NCBI GenBank assembly: GCA_040954595.2
Contig: CM082594.2
Location: forward strand, 7,026,840 to 7,090,839
Length of the DNA stretch: 64,000 nucleotides
Source: Balanoglossus misakiensis
Taxonomy: Eukaryota > Animalia > Hemichordata
Reading direction: 5' to 3'
Shown here: positions 51,601 to 64,000 of the stretch, piece after piece
How positions within the stretch are numbered: position 1 is the stretch's first letter
How the letters are laid out: each line of letters begins with the position of its first letter
Translations under genes and position numbers: made by a program
Notes under the pieces: generated by a model
Database searches by the model: none
What the model was told of the DNA's origin: nothing
What the model saw: only the letters and a program-made list of their open reading frames with translations

Positions 51601-54600
51601 CCGCGTCGGTAAACGAAAGTAACTGCGTTTGAACCACCCCTCCATCCCTGCCTCTACTACAGAAATGAACGTTTGTAAGTGCGAAAATGCTGCAAATTTC
51701 AGCCATAGCTTGGATGTCGTCAGGATGCCAAATACATCTATGTATTATAAATGTAGGGAGACAGCGAAGTGACGGGAATTACTGAACACAGTTTTATTCT
51801 CGCACACAAATCCCAAGAAGGGACGACTTCAGAAGCATGCCCGTGCCATATCTGTTCTGGTTTGGAACTCATGAAAATATTCCATCAAAAATACGGCTCT
51901 CACCCTTCGTATATTATGCGGCGCGTTTGAATTAACCGCGACCCCTTATAAAACATAGGTGACGACAGAACGTGAGGACATACACAACAAGCCTGAAGGT
52001 TACACGGTCGGCAATTCTAGTAGCTGTCAGCTGCAACTGAGCACTTGAAAAGTAACGGCCTATCTACTCGTGAACTCGAGATTCTCTTGTCAAAGACCGG
52101 CGTTGCGCGTTGAGTGGCGCTGATGGTTGGTTGGCCAAGAAGCAAGTGCGTTTTTTCGGGAAGGGGGACCCCCACCCCTCAAAAGATTACAGTCAGGGAG
52201 ACTGTATCTGTCTGAATTATAACCAAAGCCGTGTGGATCAGACGGTGGTAGCAATAAGGACGTCCTCACTAACACAGGCCGGCGAGCGACCGTCTGTCGA
52301 TTTTAATAATCTGTTCCCCCAAAACCCCATTACAGGACTTAAGTTTTATGTCTGACCAGAGCCTCGACAGCAGCTGGTCGGAGTTCACTCACTGAGACAT
52401 GTCATCGAACTCCCCGACTCGACCACCCAGCATTTCAACGCACCCCATTCGACAAGGATGAGAAAACAGCAGAAATTTAAGTTAAAATGGAAGTTGTGTT
52501 CGCGTCTGAATTAAATTACGGGTGGAGCGGCGTTTGTTATCGTATGGAGGAAATCGTCAGCACGAAATGATCTGACTCAATTTCGTCCTGGGAATTCGAA
52601 CGACGCGAATTTCTAATGTTTCCTACGGAAGATTTAATTCCTACGGATTTGCACTGACACGTGACCACAAATTGGAAAGCGAGCGAGGATCAAAGTAGCT
52701 CTATCCATGGACATGTACGGCCATGCTTTATCCCTCTCAGTACCGGAGACATTGTCGCGATATTTAGACGTAATGCCGACATAATGCGAACACTGCACCT
52801 GGTTTCTTGTTCTTGTACCCATTTACACACACGGCATTAGGTGATTAGGGCCTTACAAATGCACACAGCCATCGAAATAAATCCGATCGGTCAGGAAGTC
52901 AACGAGTTGTTAATTCCAGGTTTTCAAAGTCTGTTCCCAGCTAGAGGTAAATCGCTCGTTAGCTTTGTCATTGCACAGGTATATGTTTTATACACGCAAC
53001 GCGAACGCTTTTGAAGATTGTCAGAAAATTGTGACGATTCGCACGCAAATCTACGCAAGACTGTTCTGTTTTCAGAAGCTGGGGTAAATGTATACCAGTA
53101 TGGTCATTTCAAATTTAGTTAAGCTAATACATGTCGAACACCGCGACGCAATGAATAAAATAAGGGAGGGAGTAAAAGGGAGGAGTGGGCGAAATCATAG
53201 ACCTTCACTGAAGGGAAAGTAAATTTCCTCGGAATTTCATGTTTGTATCACACAACGTCCCCGTTGCTATAGCTACGCTCGAATCGCAAAACAAATCTAG
53301 TCAGTTCGGAAGAAAAGTTGCTCTTTAAGAATCGGTAGATGAAAGGGCAAGGGCTTAACGATGTTCTTGTTAATTACCCACTGTTTTATCGACGCCCTCA
53401 CGAGATAAGCCTGTAGGTGCATACACGCTACTTATGACGTCAGCGCCGTGATTATCGGCATCCCATGTCGTTCCTCCGATTTCAAGGCGGTGTGAAGCTA
53501 ATTTTAATTGTATGGGCAGGCAGGCAGGCGTGTGCATATTCAGCAGAGCTGTCGTCTGCGTTGAGCAATGTGGTGATTTAATAGGGCAAGTATTAAAGTA
53601 GAGAATGTTAAATCGTGGTGTTCTGCCTTTAAATCTTCGCCCGTTAGCTTGGTCAAGATGGCGACCATCTTCACATACGAAGCGACTTGCAGTAGGGCAG
53701 TGCGACCCATCAGTTTGGCTCGAGGAAAGAAATCGATCCAAACTCAGGAGTGGCGACTGCACAGAATTTAATTATCCCTAAATGAAGGCAAGCGACGTTG
53801 ACTTAAAATTGGATTACCTGTTCATTTGAAACCGCGAAGAGTTTTCTCACGTGATGGTTTTCTTGTGGGAATTTGGTGTCGTGACGTCACATAAATAACA
53901 CGTGCTGTTTTGACGGGCAACTGCAATCAGGCGATCGAGTTAGACAGGGGGATCGATATTTAAAAATGGTCTTTAAAAATAGGACGATATTTTGGCGCAT
54001 TTTGAGACAGAGAAGCTCTCCAAACCACGTTATATCATTAGTGCCATTTCCATAAGTTGTCTTATGGTCGCATCGCTCGTGTGCTCGCGTCGTGATTCTG
54101 GTATTCCTACTGAAGACAAAAATAACAGAAAAACTCGAAAGCCTGAAATATTTAGTAAAAATGGTACCTTTTTTCGTCAGTGATTTATTTTCCTGGAAAT
54201 CGAATTGATTATAAACAGAATCATCGGGATGTGACAAGTCCACGTGTATGAACATATTCAGTTCGTATCTCTAGTATTTGAAGACGAACACGCCAGTTTT
54301 GTTTGCATGCTGATGATAACCGATCGTCGTTATCATAATGCATCTGTCAATTCTGCGCTGAGCCCTCGATAAAACGAAAACGTGCAACGATGCGTCACGT
54401 CACCGCGCAGACACAAATCCACACATCAATCTATATATCCCTCTTATGATCCGCATGTACGCCCGATTATCTTCCGTTCAGCCATCCTATTAAGACGGGG
54501 CTGATTATTTTGTACCGCGACAGAAATTGAAGACGCAATACACTGCGAGGCATATAGTAATTACCTGTTCGCTGAAGGTGATACATCATTTTTAAACACC

Positions 54601-54762
54601 CCACCGTCAAGTCGTTGTGTGTTAAATTTATCTGTCTCTGTCTTTCCGGGGCCTCGCGAATCGACGCGGAACATGGCGCGCATGCCCCGGGCTTTTGGCT
54701 TTCGTTTCATCTGCAGCTGAGACTCAAGCATTCGACTTGTTATTTGAGTTTTGCAAGTTCGT

Positions 54763-54842
54763 TCTGTCTGTCTGTCTGTCTGTCTGTCTGCCTATGTATG
54801 TATCTATGTATCTATCTATCTATCTATCTGTCTGTCTGTCTG
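54763..54842. repeat. (CTGT)n/(CTAT)n tetranucleotide microsatellite
   Basis: Read directly. A similar shorter tract is at 57146-57191. Confidence 0.9.
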
Positions 54843-55550
54843 GTCTGGCCGCCAGTCTGACTATATGCCTGTCTGCCTACAAACCTATTCAACGCTATCA
54901 CCATGAGAGCAGTTAAGATAAACTATTGCCGCATTGCCACACATACAAAGCACACTCTTTACACATATCTATACTGTTTTATGACAGACACATTGAAAAG
55001 CCACAAGTGGGCATGTGCCATATTCATATGTAACTTTGGCGGCAATATAGGTAGTCAATAATTTATTACAGTGCGTCCAAATGTCAACAGTCTCTGCTCG
55101 TGAATGGATCTGACATAACGATAAACAAATACTGCAGCCGCAATACACTAAATATCGATAAAAGTTTATTATGGGTTTATATGAATTATCAAACGAGCAA
55201 TAGGCCTATAGTGTACATTCGCATGTAGTTCTCTCTTTCTCTCTCTCTCCCCCCCTCCCTCTCTCTCCTATCTCATTCTTTTACTTTGCGAATTGATGCT
55301 GACAGTACTGCGCTATCTCTAACCGATCCATGTTTATACGTTTTCAATGAGAAGAATAAAATGGGTGTAGGCGCAGCGTTTGGTATTTAAATTGACAATA
55401 TTGTCGACCTATGTGTGATTAATGTTAGCGAATTGCGGGACATTCATCGAGTATTTCGGTCACATGTGGTAATGATTGAATCGAGCGTGTTTACAGCCTA
55501 GCTACCTGGTCCCCCGTCGACGTCATCGTGTTTTTTTTCTATTCACCACG

Positions 55551-55643
55551 TAGTCTCGGTTACCCAGACGCCTTTGCTTCTTCCGATGCTCTCCTTTTCT
55601 GGAGAGCATCGGAAGAGCAAAGGCGTCTGGGTAACCGAGACTA
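55551..55643. mobile_element. 93 bp palindromic MITE with perfect 9 bp target-site duplication (TAG...CTA termini)
   Basis: TTCACCACG|TAGTCTCGGTTACCCAGACGCCTTTGCTTCTTCCGATGCTCTCC-TTTTCT-GGAGAGCATCGGAAGAGCAAAGGCGTCTGGGTAACCGAGACTA|TTCACCACG, with the TSD at 55542-55550 and 55644-55652. Confidence 0.9.
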
Positions 55644-58600
55644 TTCACCACGAGGCATGAATGTCAGCAGTGGCTACGATCTTGTTATTTCCCAGCATTC
55701 CGTTTACCGTGTTAAAAATATTGTGAATTTGCTTTCCACTATTTATTTTAACCAATAAATATTGTGATTTAACAAATATCGATTACGTCTTAAGGTACCG
55801 TAGCACGGGACAGAATTCAGAAAAAATGATAGCCCTCCAAACCATTCAATAATGACCTATTGGCGGCCATTTTGGATTTCAAATATTAAAAAAAATGTAC
55901 ATGGATGTTCTCCTTTCACTTTCTCCTGAAATCAGAGCGGAGAACTCAACGATTGATTTTCATTCAGACAAACAGAACTGACTGCAGCACGTCTTCTCGA
56001 GGCTCCCTAGATACGCATTGATCTCACATGGGGCAGGCCCGGTTTTGTTTCTCTCTGTCTCTCTCCTCGCATCATCAAATAACAGAAGGAAGACCATTAG
56101 CTTCGATTCACAGGCAGACGTAACTCGTCACTAATCGATCATCCTTTAGGGTCCCACGATAGTGTGACCGACATCTCAATTTCCACGAATAGCTCAAGAG
56201 AGACCTCTGTATTTACTTAACGTCACATCAAATCCAAAACGACACACTCAAAAATCCAAACTCAACAAAACTCGACTCGATTTGTCTAAAAACAACTGTC
56301 AATGCCTGATCTGCCTGGAGACACGATCATGTGTTTTTCATGCCAAATGCACTTTTGACTACTTATCGATTTGGTGTATGGAATTGATGTGTACTGACAA
56401 GTAGGTTGTTCGGAAGGACAGGGTGGGAACGTGGGATAAAAGGCCGATGAACTAGAAACGCCGTCAACATATTTTGACGCTCATATCGATTAATTCTTAT
56501 ATCGAAACCTTTGTGACCAAGAAAGAACGAGCGCTTTATGTTTGCTCATACAGGCACGATTATTATAATTTCATTCCCACGCGCGAAAAGACTTTTTATT
56601 ACAGTCGCTGGTGAAATAGGCCATTACGTGACATTGCGCGATCTCCGACAGGAGAAATGAAAAGTGTTTTAAATTACTAGGTATTATGATCGATTCCAAT
56701 AGGTCGACGACTGAACCTCATCTCCGTTCACTTATACTGACGACCGCAGTTGACGGGCAAACAACATTGAAATGTGTGATACATATTTGCATATTTTTGT
56801 GTGTGTGATGGCCATATTCATACCTCATTGACGTAAATCCCGAGCGCCGATGACGCGTGTTCGTACATGTTGAATCAAAAGCGTGCTTGTGTCACGTGTC
56901 ACGCGTGAGCGCGCGTTGGTGACGCACGCCTCCTGTTGTGCCGAAAGATCTGGTGGCCGTGTATACTCTCTCCGCCATTGTACGTCTGAAGGCCAAATGT
57001 CTTCCAACTGAATTCTGTCATTTAAAAGGTCTCTTTGGTTCCGCGTGGAAAAAAACAGTGTAGGTAGACATAAAAATCACATCTTAAGGTGTACATGTAT
57101 TTGCCTCGTTTACTGACATTAACCGTCTATCGGTCCGTCAGTAGGTCTGTCTGTCTGTCTGTCTGTCTGCCTGCCTGCCTATCTATCTATCACGTATCAT
57201 TCTCCTTTGATTGAAGTCACGTTATCTCATCATGCTGTATACACTTAATATTTCTCATTTTTTATCTGAACAGTACATGCCACGAATTCTAAAATTTGTC
57301 CACAATTATCCGTCGTATGGTATAACGGAAAACGCTCAGCGAGCTTGTCAAACCGTTATTGTCGCCTAATAGTGTTGAATTTGAATAATTCAACATCCGG
57401 GCACACGAGTTCACAGCAGCGAAGGATTTACATTTCGTGCCGTGAATAAACCCACGGCCAATGACGGATGGCCGACGCCAACGGGCTCCACACAGCTACC
57501 TGTCTTCCCGTGGGCGATATGTCCACATATTGCTATTCTACATCCTACAGAGGTCAATATTGGTTGCCACAGTGACACCCCATTCCAGTGAAATCAACAC
57601 AATGATTGGTAATTCAGTAAATTCCGTTGCCGAAGTGTTTCCCAATTAATTCGGTCGTATCCTCCACAGCCGTTGCGAAGAGAAAGGCCTAGACCTTTGC
57701 ATTCATTTATTCATTCATTCATTCTTTCGTTCGTTCGTTCGTTCAGTCATTTATCGGTCAGAAAGCAACGAAGGTCGATTCTTGCGCCCGACTTCACACA
57801 GGTCAAAAGTCATGGCAACACACATGCATACATTATGTGAAATAAACGAAAATTTCTCACGCGAAGTTCAATAGCGTGTATAAACACTTGCGGGAGACCA
57901 CTTCACTCAGTTCATTTATCCGTAATGATAAACAGTTAATCAACGAATTAATCCGCAATCAAGGACGCGACAATAGCCAATTAACGGATATTTATCGTCC
58001 GCTATAGTCAACACTGATTTCGCACGCTAATTGTTGAATCAAACATTTTCAGTTTGTCGATTTCTATTCATTGGCCGAACTCGATTTTACGGTGTTTATT
58101 CTGCACACTCACAATATACCGAGCTGTTTGACAATCTAGTTCTGCAAACAACTGGTGATAAATATGGGATTTGGAATTACAGTTGATAAAACATAAATTA
58201 TCACATTCTGAAATACCGCATTCGACAAACAGGGCATGGCGATGGAAAATTACACTGCCATATACACAATGAAATGATTAATTGAAAGCCTGGAGTCAAC
58301 AAGAACCCGTGGAGTATACAGTGCCTAACTCAATTTGGTTCAAATTACCCGACTTTCACCGTGACACATTCCTCATTTAAACCAGAACGTTCAGTCCCAC
58401 GGATACGTGCCTTCACGCATGCGCATTTCGAAATCAACTTCGTATGTATGTATATAAAACCCCTAAATAATCTTGACAGCACCTTCAAGAACACAATTAG
58501 CCCCGGGAACATTTCAATATTCCATTTTAAAGAGCATTTTCGCAGAATCCTACCACCCTAAAACATATCATGTAAATTAACGTTCCAATGTTGATTGTAA

Positions 58601-61600
58601 ATATAGCAACTCCAGTACACTTTATTAGCTTGATGTCTCCACGGTAAAGATATTCATATGGGTGTCGTAAATATTATTTCTCTACGCAGCGTATTATAGC
58701 ACCTATCAATAATGTGACCTTCCCTAGAACTTGAAATTATCGCAACCTTGTACATGCCTACGACCAGAAATAACGGCACAGGACTATTAATCAGTGCAAA
58801 TCTGCTGACCCGTTTCATAATCATATAGGTCAAGGTGATGCATGATAAGAACTAAACAAGAAGTAGGCCAACATACAACATTGCGAAACACAGAGACGCA
58901 TACTTGTATGCTTAGTACACCGTCCTTGTGACAACTATGAAAAACATGTCTGATAATGGCTTTGGACATGAATTAAAAGACCACCTGGTGTTCTCGAGGA
59001 CGAAAATCGTCATGATGTCAGAGTAATTTATAGACGACGCGCGGACGTATGCATTTTTGCACCATACACCACGTTAGGCCTATACCTTGTTGCGTATTTG
59101 AAGTATTAAACCCGAACTTCAGTTTTCCTTATCGCAAACTGCTGATGGAGATTACCTACTCCTAAAAGACCATATGGCGCGCGTTTCCTCAATTAACACG
59201 GTGTTATTTTCGACAACACTGCCGGTATTTGCCTCTGGCAAAATTGACCTTTTCTGTCATTCACAGAGAGGGCTATTGTAGTTAAAGCTACATGTGTTTG
59301 ATTTGCAAATTGTGTCATGGAGATGTGCAAGTTGCGTGTTGTACCTTGTGGTCAGAAATCTACCACACAGGAAACAAAACAGGACAACTGTAGACATACC
59401 TGTCAACGTTCTATTTCTGAGAACTTAAGGCTACCAGGCTGTACTTGGGGGACATCATCTTAATCGCATATCCACACGTCTGTCTGTCTGTGGTGCAGGC
59501 TTTCTATCCGGCTATTAGAGAAATACATATAGCAACCGTTAAATTCAAGGAACAAGTTCAACAAGACATGATATTTATTATTTGTTAACATTTTTACCCT
59601 TTAAAAATCTACCTTTCACTGAACTTGAAAGGACCGAGTAAAAGTAAGCGGACCAAAAAAATACACGACAAAAATCACGTCTCGATTAAATGTTTCGATC
59701 AAACCCCATATGTTTCTTGTCGTTTATGTTTAGGGTGTAGTGAATATATGGCAGAGTAAAATGAGGTATATAGAAATCAAATAAGCCTTTCGTCTCCATG
59801 GTGAATGATATTTATATTCGATGACCCAGGGGAATTGCATGGTTATTATCGCAATTGAAAATATGAGGCGGATGTAATGTACTCCAATGGAGGATGGTTT
59901 CTTTCTTTAAGACACTGCCTAATAGATGTTTTTTTTCGCTCACTGCGAGATCTCGCGAGACTTGTTTAATCACCGTAGCAACGGGTTGATAGCCGAGAAA
60001 TATAAGTCAAGCTTTGTGTGAAACTAGTATAGGTGCAGATACAGCAGGAGACACTGTGAATATTAATATATACCGACAAATTTACTGCCTGGACGATACA
60101 CATACGTCACTCGTTATGTAAAACAGCGTGTGACAACGTAAGTGTCGAATTCAGGCATTAACGCAGCGTAAGAACCCGCGGCTACAGATATTTTAATTTA
60201 TGATCAAAGTTTTTTTTTTCTAATAAGGTCAGCGTGTTCAAGGTCATGGGTCACTTGAAGGTCACAATGCACGGGTTGGAAAATAACGGTGGCCCACGAG
60301 TCCTTCATTAGCGAGCCGCAGATGTTCGACCGGTGAATTGTATGCGATGTATCCATACATCACGCCGATAAATCGCATTAATACAGGCATTAGAAGGCAA
60401 CTCCCGAGTTGCAAACGCACGTACACGTGAAAATAAAAACATATATCGTGTGACACTGTGATCTTTCTGAGCCTCGCACATCCTGTCCGGAAGTCTCGTC
60501 AAGTAGGGGTGCACGGAATGCCGGGTAATCTACCGATGGGATGGATGAAGATCGAGATTCCATACCATATGTAGCACCATGTGTGGCAAGCTTACAATGT
60601 ATTCAGATTATTAGATTATCAGAAATATTTGTAACACCCCCTTCTAAGGGAAAAAAACTACGTATAGTATAAACGAAGGGCGAACCAGCAATCAATATTA
60701 TTGCAATTTCATACGAATCTTTTACTCCTTAACAAGAAATCTATAACTGGTGGCATACATACTGAAATGACCTTGCCGATGCCGAAGTAGTTCCCGGCTA
60801 TAGGCTATTCACTTTTAATGTACCCCCAACCTGTGCCTCATTGAAAATCTATTTCATCAGATGGTGTTTACACGTCCGTGGGTGAATTTTCTGAGAAACC
60901 ACCACACTTCCTGCTGTTCATTTCGATCAGTTCATCTTCTTCTTCCACACGCGTCCGTCAGATCTAATGGAAGTGTGTGGAGTCGGTGAATAATTCATCG
61001 TGTCATTAGACTAATGCCACCGACATCTTCGCGACTGGGAATATTGACTCTCGGATATTCCAATCCGAATTCAATGCCTTCACATGTGAAGGACTTCTTG
61101 GGAGACGCGGAATCACCTCCCAGCGCGCGCCGGCAGTGACGCAGGAGGGAGATTTAATCAATACCACGGCGATAGCCAGATAAATGCATTTTGTTATCGC
61201 CGCTGAGTAGATGGTGCAGGTGCGACTGATGTCAAAGAATTCTTTTAAATTCGGATTTCGTTTTGTGTTGGCGACGTTTTCTGAAATAATCAACACGTGT
61301 AATCATCAAACCTGTCAAGAACACGTGTTAATTACCAATCCATGACATTCTTTTCATTAACACACCCCGTGTGGGATTACCCCACCTCGGGTGTCATTGT
61401 GTTCAGATTCGCGTTATTTCACCACCGTCACGATTCGTGAACAACGAGGGCTTAAGTACTTCGATTCACCTCAGCGGCAAGCTATGTATTCATGAGACCT
61501 TACATGCGCGTTCGCTCATCATCACCTGTAATACGAAATTAACATATTCTCACTGTTTAGAACAGCCTGACAGGTTTTTATTAGTCCCAACTGAGGGCGT

Positions 61601-63410
61601 ACCCACTGGTACATAACCATGTCCAAACTCACAAATCCGCTATACTCTAAAGTGGTTTAGATAACCAAGATCACAAAGATTTTGGTCGGGTTGTTTTGGA
61701 AAATCATTAGTTGATAACCCCCGTTTACAACACTAGAAAAGTAAGATGGCATGCAAGGTTTATCTAAGATTGTCGATAGCACAGAGACATCAGAGTTAAC
61801 TTAATGTAACATTTGTTTGGACAAAAAGCATCAGAATGACAGAAAAGATAACGGAGTGCTGATGGAAAGATGATATTACCCATTTTCTGTTCTGATTTTG
61901 TATTTGACCCATTTTTGACAAGTTTATAATTACGCTACAGTTAAATATCAAAGGCTAAACCTTTTTGGTGAATGGATTAAACCTATTAATGCCTACGGTA
62001 ATAAGGGGGACTGTTGGATTATTACGTTCATTAACTTGTCTTGAGAGGAAATGTATCTGACAGGGATGTCCCTTCTCCGTTCTTCCATGTAATTACCGCA
62101 CAATGTCTTGCCCGAGAGAACAAGGCATGTATTATTAAAGAGAGAGAGAGTGGCCTATATTAAAATGGTACATTTGGCAGATGGCATGTTTTGCCCAGTG
62201 TTATCTGCAGGGAAAAGTTGCAAATGAGCTATAAGTGATTGTCATATCGGGAAATATTTAAATAGTAACACAATGTTAGCGAGGGCAATATCGTGATCTT
62301 TAGCCTGCTTGAGGGGTGGTGATCTCTGACTGAGAACTCGCGGGAACACAAATTCGAACTCGCGGGAACACAACCTTGGTATTTCAAATAAGCACAAGCT
62401 GAGTCCGTTCGTTTTATGTGATTTTAGACTGCCCTCCCGAAACTCTTATTTGCGGATGTACTAGTAGTATCCGCCGGGTGCAGTTGAAATGATACTTTGA
62501 AATGCGATATTTCTTTGTGTTCTCAGTGTGAGATCCCGTGCTTCCCTTATGCAGATACACAACATGCCATACGTTCGGCGTGTTTACCTAGTCAACATGT
62601 TACATCTATTTTAGCGCAAGGCTAAACAATGGATGAATCTCAACAAAGAACCTCACACGGCGAGCTGACCCACACGACGTCCGCCAGGTTCATTAAAATA
62701 TTAAAAATAAGACTATATTACATAAATGAGCAATTTTATGCATAAACCCATTTTAGATGGCATTGTCTGGAGAACGTAAGTAGATTGGTTTTTGTCGTGT
62801 TAAACATTTTCGAAGAGGGTACAGAAGTCTAAACCCACACATTACGGGTAAGAACCACAGTGGATATTCTGTCTTCTTCATGTCCCCCACACCTTTTGCA
62901 TGTAATTTAGACTGAATATTGATATTTCTCTTTCTCGCATTCTCCATATGTCGCCTTTGTCAACACATCTGTTTGGTCATGCTCTTCTAATCAGCTGATA
63001 TGTCAGCCATTCACTAATTTTTGACACTTTATCGAGTTATGTATGATGTGGGTGGGTGTTTCCGAACCCATTCTGCGACAAGGAAAAGCTAGTAGCACCT
63101 TGACGAAAATGTTTTTTTTTCCGAGTTGTAGCACTTTAATTCTTTGAGTGGTGGCACTTGTAATCAACGAGTGGTGGTACTTCGTTACTGAGACGTCTAG
63201 CGCTTACAATCGGCGACCGAGATTGCCTGTAACTCTGTACAAAGAATACTAGTATACTAAATAGTAACGCCAAGCAACAACTCAGACGCCGGGCTAATTT
63301 CAGCTCAGTATGTACATTCGGTATGTCCGTGACCGAACGCCTTTAAAACGAACGTTTTTATAACCTTTGCCTAATTTACGTTTGAAACATACTCGACCAG
63401 GGGTCTGCAT

Positions 63411-63503
63411 TTAACCCTTTCACCAACATGTTTTGGTACATATCCACTGCTTTCTATGGTAAAGGTGGGCCTCTAAAGACGGAAACAGACGTGAAAGGGT
63501 TAA
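63411..63503. mobile_element. piggyBac-type MITE, same family as 33856-33947, opposite orientation
   Basis: TTAA|CCCTTTCAC...GTGAAAGGG|TTAA, almost the same length. The internal sequence resembles the reverse complement of the 33856 copy. Confidence 0.78.
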
Positions 63504-64000
63504 GCCGTTAGTCTGAAAATCGTGATTTCCGCAAAATGACCAATTACTGCAAATACTATTATAAATGCATTATACCGTGGTTCTATTGCGTCAGAGACGC
63601 GTGACCTTCCGTGATCTCGTCTTAACCCCTAATCAGGTAAAATGCAGGGTAATGGATATTTAAATAGGCAAATCTTCTTGAAATTGCTTTGCCTGACCAC
63701 ATACAGTACTAACCATATACTGCTCTCGCCTTCGTCATATATTACGCTGTGTTTGACAGTAATTGTTTTATCTGAACTTTTCGATATACCAACTTCGCAA
63801 TCCTTGTGTTATGTTACCATTTACAGAATGATCATATTACCAATAATACGAATACAGAGATTATCATAGCTTTTCAATCAATCACTTACGCCCGTATGAG
63901 GTTTCAACGCGATGAAACGTTTCGCCGAAATTTACAAAAAAAAACACGACAGAAGTGAGCATGGCGGATTAACTTTACTTCCCTTGGCAACCGTTCGCTC

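Noticed and set aside
62333-62372. Two copies of GAACTCGCGGGAACACAA
   Set aside because: A simple local 22 bp tandem duplication with no further structure.
45131-63869. ORFs in the right flank, including the 140 aa ORF at 48335-48757 and the 130 aa ORF at 53370-53762
   Set aside because: They are driven by microsatellites or look random, with no protein family resemblance.

Overview
Eukaryotic animal genomic DNA, AT-rich and intron-rich. It looks like a marine invertebrate, possibly a non-vertebrate deuterostome, but the taxon cannot be fixed from sequence alone. The ORF track is mostly noise. Manual splicing recovers three complete genes in a central block: ZNF830/CCDC16 (+, 18235-21566, 10 coding exons, 320 aa), ORC2 (-, 27696-32610, 13 coding exons, 574 aa) and SPAG16/PF20 (+, 32904-44570, 14 coding exons, 608 aa). 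ORC2 and SPAG16 are head-to-head, with 293 bp between their ATGs. Two of the three genes have a minor-spliceosome (U12) first intron: AT-AC in ZNF830 and GT-AG in SPAG16. The 5.5 kb spacer between the convergent ZNF830 and ORC2 contains a higher-order minisatellite, long hairpins and non-coding exon-like units on both strands. Several non-autonomous DNA elements are present (piggyBac-type MITEs, a Helentron/HINE-like element, palindromic MITEs). The flanks (1-18 kb and 45-64 kb) have no recognisable coding exons, appear to retain CpG and look like regulatory gene deserts. No rRNA, tRNA, CRISPR array or autonomous transposase was found.
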